NCBI GenBank assembly: GCA_048887165.1
Contig: JBHLJZ010000004.1
Span: forward strand, 5,538 to 69,537
DNA from: Candidatus Hodarchaeota archaeon
Lineage (GTDB): Archaea; Asgardarchaeota; Lokiarchaeia; Sigyniarchaeales; SOKP01
Direction: 5' to 3'
DNA length: 64,000 nucleotides
The position numbers and the translations under genes are program-made. Positions 45,735 to 55,729 of the stretch are shown piece by piece; position 1 is the stretch's first letter, and every line of letters starts with the position of its first letter. The notes under the pieces were generated by a model, which did no database searches, was not told the origin of the DNA, and was given only the letters and a program-made list of their open reading frames with translations.

Positions 45735-47162
45735 TCATATATTAGAATCTAAATTATCATGATCCAATGTATTTGTCTCATTAATATCATCATTGTACTT
45801 TAGTACAGAAGTATCTTTAGATATCGGTTCTTTTTCTTTTTTACTTTTTAATTTCTTCTTTATCAAAAAATTTTCAAATTCCCATTTACTGATTTTATTT
45901 GTATCAAGAGCACCACTATTTTCTAAATAAGATTTAAAGTCGCTAACAATATTGATAACCTCGTCTTTTTTAAAATTTTTCTTAAAGATTAAACCCTTTC
46001 TTTCTAGTATATACTCTGAATACCACCAATAAAATATTAAAGCAACAAGTAAGATTAGGAAATTGTTAACAAGGTTGATTTGGCTCCGACTAGTATATGT
46101 GCCACTAATTGAACCTGCTCCAAGAATCATTATTACTTGACCTTCAATATATAGAATTGTAAAAGCAAACAAGAAAAATGATATATTATTTTCATTAAAA
46201 ATCTTAAATTTATAGAGTTTATCCCCTAATCCTTTTAATACTAAAATTGCAGTAAAACTCATTAAGAGGATATCAATTAATACTCTAAAAATATCTACTC
46301 CAAGTGCCTGAGTGGCAGTTCTAAAAGAATATATAAAACTAAATGATTTATACCAAATGTAGAACCAAATTAATATATGAAATATGGATAAAAATATATT
46401 AGGTGTTCCATTCTTCAAGCCTTTTATAAACAAAACTATTAATCGCCAAGAGATTAATAATATTATTAAAAACATTGCAATATTCCATCCATAAAACCAA
46501 TAAAGCGAATCAATTGGATCTGAAGGGCTTAAGGGCTCGAAAAATGGTATAAATCCATACAAGGTCCCTAATTGGATTAATATAGGTATAACCAAACTGA
46601 CTATTAAGAAAAATGCACTCTTGTATTCATTATTTTTAACATTAATTTCATTCTGAATTATCCTTTCGTTTAATTTAATTGAGAAATCTTCAAATAAAAT
46701 TCTTAAGAAAAAGATTTGTATTAGATTCCAGCCAAAGTAAATTATAATGAAGAATGAAGGAAGGAGAAAATCCCATCCTAAAAACTCTATCGGTAATTGA
46801 GAAGAAGAACCAAGTAAAAAGTAAATTAAAGTGATAATAAAACTAATTACAAGTGAGATTGTTAGAGAAACTATCTTTTTTGGTTCAAATTTTTTGTCTG
46901 ATGAAAGCAGATATGGATGGCTTTGAGGAAATATTCCAATAATCATCAAGATTAAAAATGTTAATGAAAATGTTGTAGCAAAAAATAATACAATATTCCC
47001 AAGATTCGGACTTGGACTAAAACTTAATATTGTTATAATTAGAATAACTAAGAAAAATACGATTGTATACATTATATGATTCGGACTAAAGATTTTATGA
47101 AAAAAGTCATCTATTTTTCCTTTAAAATTAACCCTTTTAGCTTCTGAATTCATTAAGTTCAA
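45735..47162 (-). CDS. Polytopic integral membrane protein (about 10 TM), unknown function
   Basis: 475 aa, multiple hydrophobic helices, soluble acidic C-terminal tail. Confidence 0.6.
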   Translation of the reverse strand: MNLMNSEAKRVNFKGKIDDFFHKIFSPNHIMYTIVFFLVILIITILSFSPSPNLGNIVLFFATTFSLTFLILMIIGIFPQSHPYLLSSDKKFEPKKIVSLTISLVISFIITLIYFLLGSSSQLPIEFLGWDFLLPSFFIIIYFGWNLIQIFFLRILFEDFSIKLNERIIQNEINVKNNEYKSAFFLIVSLVIPILIQLGTLYGFIPFFEPLSPSDPIDSLYWFYGWNIAMFLIILLISWRLIVLFIKGLKNGTPNIFLSIFHILIWFYIWYKSFSFIYSFRTATQALGVDIFRVLIDILLMSFTAILVLKGLGDKLYKFKIFNENNISFFLFAFTILYIEGQVIMILGAGSISGTYTSRSQINLVNNFLILLVALIFYWWYSEYILERKGLIFKKNFKKDEVINIVSDFKSYLENSGALDTNKISKWEFENFLIKKKLKSKKEKEPISKDTSVLKYNDDINETNTLDHDNLDSNI

Positions 47163-47388
47163 AACCTCTTTTTTTAATAAAATATTGAAATTATAGATTG
47201 GATGAAATTAAATAACCGTTTAAAATATTAATAGTTATTTACAATTTTATGAATTTCTAGATACTCATTAAATCTTATTGTAACAAAAAAGAAAATTCAA
47301 AATCAGATAAAATTAAATAACTGTTAGGTGTTCTTATGCATATTTATCTAATAATAAATCTGAACTTAGAATTAAAAAGTGTTCAATA

Positions 47389-49611
47389 ATGAAATCTAAA
47401 AATAAATATTTAATTAGTGAAGTAATTATCGTATATTTGATCTTTACTCTAACATTTGGTTTTTACGCAATTCCAATAAAAGTTGAATCATTAAGTCGGG
47501 ATTTTATTCCTAAATCTTCTCAATTCGTTCCTCGAAATATACGTATAGCCATTTATGATGAACCGAATGTTACTGTACCATCTTATGGTGAACCAGTTTT
47601 AACATATAATTATAATAATATTGAATATATTCTAACTACGGCTGGTTATACTGTTTCAAATTTAACTACTACCCAAATTTTGAATCATGAATTAACAACA
47701 GCAAAATTTGATGTATTTGTGCTAGTCGATAATCTTCCAAGAGAGAGTATTGTTAATTATGTAAAAGAATTTTGGCTTGGAGGAGGAGCAATATTATCGT
47801 TTGATAGTGCAATAAGTTACCTTTGTTATGCTGGGATTCTCCCCCCTGAATCTGAAGGAGATAATGGATACTTCTTATACTGGGATTACTTAGTTTCTGC
47901 AACACAAAACGTTACCTTACGGCATCCTATTTCGAAATCGTATGCTTTAGGAGAAAATTTTACTAATTTTAATTCTGATTTTGCAACTTTTTTCTGGAGT
48001 GCTTTAATGGGAACAAGTATATCTAGTGATTTATATAAAATCGCTACTATTAATGGGAATGATAATGCTGCTACAGTTGTAGCTTATGAGCCAACGATCT
48101 TTAGCGGAGGAAAAGTTGTACACATTCTCACTAATTTTCAATTAGACGCAGATGATCTTGTCGTAGATGCTGTGGAGTGGTTATGTCCAAGACCAAAAGG
48201 TCGAATTCTATTTGATCTGTCACATTTACCCTATTATGGAATTGATCCATGGGATACATTAGCTGATTATTATCCAAGATTTGAAATCATACGTGATTAT
48301 CTTGTAAATCGCTCTTATACAATTGATAAACTTTATCCTTCTGTAAGCGGGAATTTAACCACTGCAAATTTGGCTCCTTATGATGTACTTGTTATTGCCT
48401 TGTCCAATTATAACTTTACTTCCAGTGAAGTTTCAGTTGTAACAAATTGGGTTAATAGTGGAGGAAACCTTCTTATATTTGGAGAAAATACAATTCTGAA
48501 TACACAAAATGAAAATGTTAATTATTTATTGAAAAATTTCGATCTTAAAATTAATTTAACATCCTCAGGTTCAGGTGCTGCTACTTATCAAATAGAACAT
48601 CCCATTCATGAAGGTTGTAGTCAATTAACGGTTTCTGCTCCAGGAAAAGTTGTATATAGCGGTAATGCTTTTCCGATATTAGGTAGTGATGCAGATAATA
48701 TTTTTATTGCCGGACAAGAATATGGCGATGGACGTATAATTCTTATGTCAGATATTGCTCCTTTTCGAGACTCAACTATAATGAGTACCGATAATCTTCA
48801 ATACGGCATTAATCTCTTAAATTGGTTAACAGCATCCCAAGCCGAAGTTTTACTATATTTAGATCAAACAGGCCCACCAGATCCCAATGATAACTACTAC
48901 AGAGCTCCAGTCACTAACGCTCTTAATGATTTAGGCGTTCCATTCTATTTAACTTATACTATATATTACTTCAATCTAAGTATGAGCTTTAATGAATATC
49001 CTCTTGCCATAATTGATAATCCTGTAGCATATATTGGCGGTTATTTTAGTGATGTTTTAAATTATATGAAATCTGGCGGTCATTTAATAATAAGCACCTA
49101 TTCTTATGGTGTAACTTCTGGAGATCCGTTATGGGATTATTTGGGATTTGAACCTACTGGAGATACTTTTTCTACACCTCAACCTATATATATCTGGGAC
49201 AACACTCATCCAATTTTTAATACGCCTGCCGATTATGGGGCTACTTCAATAAGTAGTACATATAACTATGTTATTACTGATGTCTGCAATTTAACAATAT
49301 ATGGTAATGCTACTGCAATAGCGGGATTAACAAGTTCAGCGAGCTCAGAGGGAGTAGCTGTAATTCTTGGAGCTGAAGGCCGATCTATAGCTAATGCTAT
49401 GCTTGTGACTACTTATATAGATGATACTGACGATTCTACATACCCAGATGCTCAAGAGTTATGGGAAAACGAAATTGCCTATATGATGTCTATTATATAT
49501 CCACCCACAGAACCAGATGGATTTAATTGGTTATGGATAATTATTATTGCTGCTATTATTGTAGGAGCTTTAGCAATTATAATAATAATAATCCGAAAAC
49601 GTAAGAAATAG
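47389..49611 (+). CDS. Type-I surface protein, unknown ectodomain
   Basis: 740 aa. N-terminal anchor. C-terminal TM WLWIIIIAAIIVGALAIIIIII followed by RKRKK. NxS/T sequons. Confidence 0.6.
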   Translation: MKSKNKYLISEVIIVYLIFTLTFGFYAIPIKVESLSRDFIPKSSQFVPRNIRIAIYDEPNVTVPSYGEPVLTYNYNNIEYILTTAGYTVSNLTTTQILNHELTTAKFDVFVLVDNLPRESIVNYVKEFWLGGGAILSFDSAISYLCYAGILPPESEGDNGYFLYWDYLVSATQNVTLRHPISKSYALGENFTNFNSDFATFFWSALMGTSISSDLYKIATINGNDNAATVVAYEPTIFSGGKVVHILTNFQLDADDLVVDAVEWLCPRPKGRILFDLSHLPYYGIDPWDTLADYYPRFEIIRDYLVNRSYTIDKLYPSVSGNLTTANLAPYDVLVIALSNYNFTSSEVSVVTNWVNSGGNLLIFGENTILNTQNENVNYLLKNFDLKINLTSSGSGAATYQIEHPIHEGCSQLTVSAPGKVVYSGNAFPILGSDADNIFIAGQEYGDGRIILMSDIAPFRDSTIMSTDNLQYGINLLNWLTASQAEVLLYLDQTGPPDPNDNYYRAPVTNALNDLGVPFYLTYTIYYFNLSMSFNEYPLAIIDNPVAYIGGYFSDVLNYMKSGGHLIISTYSYGVTSGDPLWDYLGFEPTGDTFSTPQPIYIWDNTHPIFNTPADYGATSISSTYNYVITDVCNLTIYGNATAIAGLTSSASSEGVAVILGAEGRSIANAMLVTTYIDDTDDSTYPDAQELWENEIAYMMSIIYPPTEPDGFNWLWIIIIAAIIVGALAIIIIIIRKRKK

Positions 49612-49637
49612 TTTAAATTAATAAAATTCACTTTTTT

Positions 49638-50375
49638 TTATTTTTTGCCAACAACACCTACATACAACGTAGTTTCATTAATTCCGTCAATATCTAATAA
49701 TTTATTTAATTCATCATCATAGATTGCCCCTATTGTACAAGCTCCCAAACCTAATGATTCTACTACTAAGTACAAGTTTTGTCCTATATGTCCTGCATCT
49801 AAATAAATATATCTGTAACAGCGTTGTAAATATTTCCATTTTGATCGTCCAATTACAGCAGTTAAAATAAAAGTAACATTAGAATTAACAACCATCATTT
49901 GATCCAAACATCCTTCTGTAATATTTATAGAAAAATCACCAAGTTTTAACAATTCTAAACTATGCTCACGAATATTATAATGATAGATTCCTGGATCTAT
50001 ACCTTTTACGTTTAGAACAACTGGATAGATTTCAATTGGGAATAAACCTCCTGCGGAGGGTATAGTTCGAAAAGCAAACTGAGGAAAAACACGTGTCAAA
50101 CCAGATATCCCAAATAGCAATAAACTCAACTCTTCTAATGATAGATCTTCTTTTTTAAATTCTCTTGTTGACTTTCGGTTTTTTATTACATCCCAAAATT
50201 TAATTGAATCATCAAATTGAGGCTGTGGCAATTTTATATTTCTAATCGCATTAGGATAAGTTTTATATGTTTTAGGCTTATTTCCCCAATCTAAATAATG
50301 TTGAGGCAACTTCCCTCTAATATATTTTGATTTTTGTTGGAAATTATCTCCATAATTATCTAAATCTTTTTCCAT
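49638..50375 (-). CDS. SagB/ThcOx-type dehydrogenase (nitroreductase fold)
   Basis: 245 aa. Motifs RKSTREF and TIPSAGGLFPIEIY, with a YLDAGH-type FMN-fold C-terminus. Confidence 0.65.
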   Translation of the reverse strand: MEKDLDNYGDNFQQKSKYIRGKLPQHYLDWGNKPKTYKTYPNAIRNIKLPQPQFDDSIKFWDVIKNRKSTREFKKEDLSLEELSLLLFGISGLTRVFPQFAFRTIPSAGGLFPIEIYPVVLNVKGIDPGIYHYNIREHSLELLKLGDFSINITEGCLDQMMVVNSNVTFILTAVIGRSKWKYLQRCYRYIYLDAGHIGQNLYLVVESLGLGACTIGAIYDDELNKLLDIDGINETTLYVGVVGKK

Positions 50376-50534
50376 AAAATAAAATATATAGAATAAATTA
50401 AAAATTTTAGATTAATAAATTAAAATTCGCAATTAGAATGAATTTTTATCGTTAACGATATTGAATTAGTATGTTTAAACAGAAATTTTAAATATTTTTG
50501 AAACAATTTTATTTGGATTAGAGATGATCCAATT

Positions 50535-51506
50535 ATGAATCTTGAAAAAAGTTTAAAAAGAATACCTTTCTTAAGTTTTCTTGTATCTTATAAATGTACT
50601 AATGAATGTAAGCATTGTGCTCTTCAAGCATCTCCAAATCAAGACGATGTTTTAATGGAACTTGGGGATTTAAAGAGATATTTAGAAGATATTACTTCAA
50701 ATTATATCGTACAGGAAGTTGGTTTTTTTGGAGGAGAACCTTTACTCCATCCTAAATTATTAATTAGACTTATTGAAGAAGTAAAAAAATATGGTATTTC
50801 AAAGATAGGATTACCAACAAATGGATTTTGGGGAAAAAATGATGAAATTGCTAAGAAATATGCTCAAAACTTAAAAAGTGCGGGATTAAATCTTATTGGT
50901 TTTAGTGTTGACGCATTTCATCAAGATTTTATTTCGCTCGATGTCGTTGGTAGGGCAATAAATGCATCTCATGAAGCAGAAATTGAAACAATAATCTTGG
51001 TAGCCCAGACTCTAGGATCTGAAGATCAAATAAATCCATTTAATGAACAAACAAAAAAGATTACTGATACTCTTTCAAAGCAATTTCAGTTTTGCCAAGT
51101 AATAAAAAGTGAATTACAAGTGAGAGGAAGAGCCATGAGACTACTAACGGATTATTATCCAATGAGAACAATACCCTCAGATAAATGTCTTATTTTTAAG
51201 GTTCCTATGTTTATGATAGATCCCAATGGATGGGTTTTCCATCAATTATGTCATGGAATCTGTATTGGTAATGCCAAGGAAAATTCTTTATCTGAAATTA
51301 TACAAAATTTTAACTATAGAAAACACCCAATAATAAGCAAATTAGTAGCTAATGGAGGACCTAAAAATCTTCTTGAAATTGCGATTGAAAAGGGATATAA
51401 ACCTCAAAAGGGATATGCAGACAAATGTCACCTCTGTTCTAGTGTACGGAATTTTCTTCGTCCTTTTTACCCAAATATTCTTGAGCCTCCGAACTTATAC
51501 TTTTAA
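50535..51506 (+). CDS. Radical SAM enzyme with a SPASM/twitch-like C-terminal Cys cluster
   Basis: 323 aa. Radical SAM motif CTNECKHC (CxxxCxxC) and FFGGEP. C-terminus: C-x13-G-x6-CHGIC...GNAKENSLSEIIQNF...CHLC. Confidence 0.75.
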   Translation: MNLEKSLKRIPFLSFLVSYKCTNECKHCALQASPNQDDVLMELGDLKRYLEDITSNYIVQEVGFFGGEPLLHPKLLIRLIEEVKKYGISKIGLPTNGFWGKNDEIAKKYAQNLKSAGLNLIGFSVDAFHQDFISLDVVGRAINASHEAEIETIILVAQTLGSEDQINPFNEQTKKITDTLSKQFQFCQVIKSELQVRGRAMRLLTDYYPMRTIPSDKCLIFKVPMFMIDPNGWVFHQLCHGICIGNAKENSLSEIIQNFNYRKHPIISKLVANGGPKNLLEIAIEKGYKPQKGYADKCHLCSSVRNFLRPFYPNILEPPNLYF

Positions 51507-51555
51507 GTTTGAAGAAAGAATAAAAAAAATTTTAAAGAAATTTATTAAAAAAAAA

Positions 51556-52428
51556 CTATATACCAAGCTTTTCTAATATTCCAGATAATCTTGTGCGATG
51601 AAATTTTAATCCTAACTCATCAGAACTAAACCCCATTGCTAAAGCGTAAAGCTCAGTGATATACATCACTGGAACATTGAATTCAGTCTCGTAGATTTTA
51701 CCTAAATCTCTCTGTCTCGTGTCAAATTGCTGATAGCACGCTGGACAATTGACTACGATAACATCTACATCAGCTTTTTTGATGGCATCCATCTTAATCT
51801 TTAAGTTCGCTAACCCATGTTCTTCATAAGCGTTAGTAACAGCGTTCCCACAGCATAAAACCTCTTCTCCGTATTCAACTACTGTTGCTCCACTTGCTTC
51901 AACAAGCTTCTTTAGCGTGGTTGGTTGCATGGGATCATCGGATTCCATCCATTCGGTAGGACGCATATAATGACACCCTGGATGTATAGCAACTTTTAAT
52001 TCACTAAGTGGCTTAATAATTGTTCCTTTAATTTTCTCTAAATTATCACTCAGTACATCAACAAAATGCTTAATGTCTATTGTACCCTTATAATTTTTCC
52101 CAATCTTTGCAAGCTCTTTATTAACCTTATCTATCTTCGATGAATCGTGCTTCAATTGATACTGAACTCCTCTAAGAGTGTTTGTGCATCCATTACACAA
52201 AGAAATAATGTCTTTTCCTTCAGCTTCAGCCAAGCATAAATTTCTCGCACCAAGTGCTAGCCAAGCATCGTTATCAAACGATTTCATGCCTGTAGGATCC
52301 GGACAACACGAAAAGTTTGTTTGTGATGTTTCGATTCCAATCTTATCAAAAACCTTACGCGAGCTGGCCTCGATGAATGGAATACGATTTCCAATAGTAC
52401 ATCCTTCAAACATTTTATATTCTGTCAT
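51556..52428 (-). CDS. hdrB: Heterodisulfide reductase subunit B-like (two CCG domains), copy 2
   Basis: 290 aa. Motifs CCPDPTG...CNGC and CCGN...CPAC. Confidence 0.85.
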   Translation of the reverse strand: MTEYKMFEGCTIGNRIPFIEASSRKVFDKIGIETSQTNFSCCPDPTGMKSFDNDAWLALGARNLCLAEAEGKDIISLCNGCTNTLRGVQYQLKHDSSKIDKVNKELAKIGKNYKGTIDIKHFVDVLSDNLEKIKGTIIKPLSELKVAIHPGCHYMRPTEWMESDDPMQPTTLKKLVEASGATVVEYGEEVLCCGNAVTNAYEEHGLANLKIKMDAIKKADVDVIVVNCPACYQQFDTRQRDLGKIYETEFNVPVMYITELYALAMGFSSDELGLKFHRTRLSGILEKLGI

Positions 52429-52446
52429 TTTCTTCTTACCCTCAAA

Positions 52447-52962
52447 TTATTTTAATTTTTTATCAGATCCAATGTTCTTCAGTAATTTTTGTATTTCACT
52501 TATATCTGGAGCTGCAACAGGAGGTAACCCTAATTGGGTTCTCCTTCTCTCAATTGCAGGTTGTGGAGGAATTGCTTTACCACTTTCATATACAGCTTTT
52601 GCTTGATTGTAAATAGGGTCTGGACCCTTCCCTAAAGCAATACTTTGATTTTTGAGTAAAGCAAAAATCTCAGTAAGTTCAATGCCTTGAGGACACACTT
52701 CATCACAAGTAACACAGACAGTACAACCCCATATTGTTAGTTCCTCTTTATTAAGAAGTAATTCTTCATGTCCTAAAAGAGTCATTAAGATATTTTGTCT
52801 AGGGTTATATCCTGACGTTTTGTAAGAATTTGTCGTTACTTTCGTTATAGGACAATTATCTGAGCATTTACTACATTGATAACAATATTTAAGTACATCC
52901 GCTCCAAGCTGAAAATCCGTTGCTACTTTCTTAAAATCGACACTTGTTCCCATAATTTTCAC
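52447..52962 (-). CDS. hdrC: Heterodisulfide reductase subunit C-like (2x[4Fe-4S]), copy 2
   Basis: 171 aa. Motifs CYQCSKCSDNCP and CTVCVTCDEVCP. Confidence 0.8.
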   Translation of the reverse strand: MKIMGTSVDFKKVATDFQLGADVLKYCYQCSKCSDNCPITKVTTNSYKTSGYNPRQNILMTLLGHEELLLNKEELTIWGCTVCVTCDEVCPQGIELTEIFALLKNQSIALGKGPDPIYNQAKAVYESGKAIPPQPAIERRRTQLGLPPVAAPDISEIQKLLKNIGSDKKLK

Positions 52963-53077
52963 TTTTTTTATTATTTTTTTACATATTTTACTTTTTAGGC
53001 TTTTGCCCCACGCAAGGGGTAGTTGTGTTCACTTTTTTTAGTAAACATTCATCCTAAGCCTATTTTCATATTTCGAG

Positions 53078-53317
53078 TTATTTTACTGCTTCAAAATACA
53101 TATACCATTGTTCTTCGTCTTCGAGAAAGTCTGTTCCTAAGTGCTTATGTTTTGTTTGTTTCGCTAAATCTCTTGGAACAGATTCACTTGCTGGTTTATA
53201 GTCTGTTATTACTTTTAAGACAGTTCCAGGTCTCATTTTCATGAGTTGTTTTTTAGTTTTTAAAGCTGGAACAGGACAAACTAAACCACAGACGTTTAAT
53301 TCCATATCAAATTTCAT
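53078..53317 (-). CDS. tusA: TusA-family sulfur carrier, copy 2
   Basis: Start reassigned to ATG 53317 (MKFDMELNVCGLVCPVPALKTKK), preceded by GGAGAG. This avoids overlap with the upstream gene. CPxP active-site motif present. Confidence 0.75.
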   Translation of the reverse strand: MKFDMELNVCGLVCPVPALKTKKQLMKMRPGTVLKVITDYKPASESVPRDLAKQTKHKHLGTDFLEDEEQWYMYFEAVK

Positions 53318-53348
53318 TTTAATTCTCTCCTTGATTATTTTTTTTAAT

Positions 53349-54491
53349 TTAATCACATATAATTGAAAATATTGGCTCATCCATAGAAGGATCAGCTTTC
53401 ATTTCTAATTCCATTAATTGAGCTAACCGAAGTGCTTCATATCTAGCTTTTTTAGGTTCAAGACCCGTTTCTTTCACAATATCAGTAATAGTGCTAGGAC
53501 CTTTCTCTGTTATATAGTCTAGAACTTGTTGTCTTGGAGTTTTTTCGAAGCTAAAGAGTTCGCGTTTTGCTTTAAAATCGATGGCTGTTTTCAAATCCTC
53601 TTCATTGACTTCACCGATATCAAATAAACCTTTTTCAATGGCACTTTCTACTAATTCCTTACCTCGCTCAGTCCAAGCTATAACGGTCGTATACCCCGCT
53701 GCTGAACCAACTTCACCAGCAGTGATATCAGAATAAATTGCTGGAAAATCTTGGCAATGTTTACAGTGTGCTTTACAGCTTTCACATCGCTTCCCATCTT
53801 GAAGGTCAAGATCTTCTGGATTAACTGTCTCTGATTCCTCCTCAAGTTCCTTCAATATATTTAGCGACATTGTCTCACCTATAAGTGTGCATCCACATCT
53901 TTTATCTGGATGGATTTGTGAACTACAAAATAACCCAATCTTTAATATCTCTCTATTCATGCTTTCTTCGATATTAGCAGCACCTCTCATTTCACATGGC
54001 ACACCAACAATTCCTACTGGATCAAAAGTCTCTCCAATGAGCTCAATTAGCCTTTCAAGGACACCCGAACGAATATAGACCACTCCAGCTTTTTCAACAA
54101 CTTTATTTGGATCTGAGACTCTTTCTGCTACTCTATCTTCATCTTGTTCTTGAACCATCACGATTTCACTAATAGTTTGATTCTCCAATAACTCTTTTGT
54201 TAGGGTTGTCACAAACCCTCCACTTGAAGCTTTAGCAAGAATTTCCTTATTTTTACTTCTTAAAGAATAAATACCTAAAGCTGGTTTAACTTCGAAGTTT
54301 TTTTGAATAACTTGTGGACAATTTTGATAACATCTTCCGCAGTCTTGGCCATCTTTCTCAAGTATACAATAATCTTTAAGTGTTGGAATCATATCTTTCA
54401 TTTCGATATGTTTACAAGAGCCCACACACAATCCACAGCCTTGGCAAAAGCCTTCGTCAATAATTTCAGATTTTAATAATTCATAACTCAT
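53349..54491 (-). CDS. FrhB/FdhB-family (F420-hydrogenase/dehydrogenase beta-like) flavo-FeS protein with an N-terminal ferredoxin motif and a C-terminal wHTH-like tail
   Basis: 380 aa. Motifs CQGCGLCVGSC and CGRCYQNCP. FrhB-like strings ASSGGFVTTL, GVVYIRS, and GIVGVPCEMRG. The C-terminal ~60 aa are helix-turn-helix-like. Confidence 0.6.
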   Translation of the reverse strand: MSYELLKSEIIDEGFCQGCGLCVGSCKHIEMKDMIPTLKDYCILEKDGQDCGRCYQNCPQVIQKNFEVKPALGIYSLRSKNKEILAKASSGGFVTTLTKELLENQTISEIVMVQEQDEDRVAERVSDPNKVVEKAGVVYIRSGVLERLIELIGETFDPVGIVGVPCEMRGAANIEESMNREILKIGLFCSSQIHPDKRCGCTLIGETMSLNILKELEEESETVNPEDLDLQDGKRCESCKAHCKHCQDFPAIYSDITAGEVGSAAGYTTVIAWTERGKELVESAIEKGLFDIGEVNEEDLKTAIDFKAKRELFSFEKTPRQQVLDYITEKGPSTITDIVKETGLEPKKARYEALRLAQLMELEMKADPSMDEPIFSIICD

Positions 54492-54493
54492 GA

Positions 54494-55729
54494 TTATCCC
54501 TCTTTAATTTTTATTTCCTTTACAATACCGATTGGATCAATTGTAAATTCTACTGAACCATTTTTGTAAGTTCCTTCAACTATTTCAAAAATTTGAGTTT
54601 TATAATCTTCAAAGTTGTCATTATCATCAATCTTCGACCTAAATCCTCCAAAAAATACATTTGATAAATTCATGTTTCCAGCAATGCTCCTGATTTCATC
54701 AGTGATTTTCTTATATTGAACTGGATCCTTGTTTTTAATTGCTTTTTGAAGTTGTTCTTCTAATTTTAATAGTTGATTTCTATATTTTTTAGTTTGTTCA
54801 CTTACTTCTATATTGTTAATTTCTTCATAGGTTTGAATAATTTTTAGTGTTAATGAGATTGAATGATCTCCCCCTAATAACCCTGAAATTAGTGGTAATT
54901 CTTCAAGCAGCCTTCCTGTGAAAACGTCTTCTAATAAGGTACCACTAGAAGGAATTCGACCTTTTGGTAATCCCGATGTTGGTAAAGTAAATCGAAAGAA
55001 ATTTCCTACTAAATCAGGTAGACTTGCTGTTAAGTCATCATCTTTATCTGCTAGCTTATCGGTAGCACCCTTTTCAGAATGTTCAGTAGCAATTTCAATA
55101 TTTCCCATAAGTGTTCCAAACATGCCTAACATTCTGATTCCAGAACGCTCTAAAATTGGTTTGCAACCTCTACATGGAGCGCTATAATCAATACATCGTT
55201 CTTTACATTCTTTAGAGACAAAACCATTACAAAGATATCCAAGATCATTGAAACATGTCTCTGCATCATCTAATTCAATTTGTCGTTTTACTTCTTCTAA
55301 GTAATCACAAGTTTTTTTCCTTCCGCACACAATACAAAGATTGTTTAATTTAGGGAGATCACTATCCTCAATCTCTAATTTCAGTTCCTCAATTTCCCCT
55401 AAACAACCATTAACATTAATTGATTCATCAATAAATTTACTTAAAGGAGATACATCATGACCTTTTTGATTGGCAAGAGCAAAAACGCCTCCAGTAGTAG
55501 CACAGTTTCCATAAGCAATCACTTTTTCCGAATTTATCTTTATTTCAGTTAAAATATCCTTATTCTCTGGCAATAAAAATCCAGTGATAATTGATACATC
55601 TGTTTTTTCCGATTTCCAATTTCTAGGATCATGAACAAATTCTATTTTATACATTGAATCTCCTCTCAAAAGAATAGTCTCATTGAAACATTTATTACAT
55701 CCATTAAATTGAAATATTTTAACATCCAT
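54494..55729 (-). CDS. [NiFe]-hydrogenase small-subunit-like (Oxidored_q6/MvhG-HydD-like) protein with a long C-terminal extension
   Basis: 411 aa. Proximal-cluster ligand pattern GCNKC ... YGNCATTGG ... VNGC. Further Cys cluster CIVCG...C...CRGC. The C-terminal ~200 aa are unassigned. Confidence 0.5.
   Translation of the reverse strand: MDVKIFQFNGCNKCFNETILLRGDSMYKIEFVHDPRNWKSEKTDVSIITGFLLPENKDILTEIKINSEKVIAYGNCATTGGVFALANQKGHDVSPLSKFIDESINVNGCLGEIEELKLEIEDSDLPKLNNLCIVCGRKKTCDYLEEVKRQIELDDAETCFNDLGYLCNGFVSKECKERCIDYSAPCRGCKPILERSGIRMLGMFGTLMGNIEIATEHSEKGATDKLADKDDDLTASLPDLVGNFFRFTLPTSGLPKGRIPSSGTLLEDVFTGRLLEELPLISGLLGGDHSISLTLKIIQTYEEINNIEVSEQTKKYRNQLLKLEEQLQKAIKNKDPVQYKKITDEIRSIAGNMNLSNVFFGGFRSKIDDNDNFEDYKTQIFEIVEGTYKNGSVEFTIDPIGIVKEIKIKEG

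Noticed and set aside
51352-51576. 74-aa ORF overlapping the 3' end of the radical SAM gene.
   Set aside because: It sits in an alternative frame of a well-supported gene and runs into the K-rich AT tract. No motif is present.
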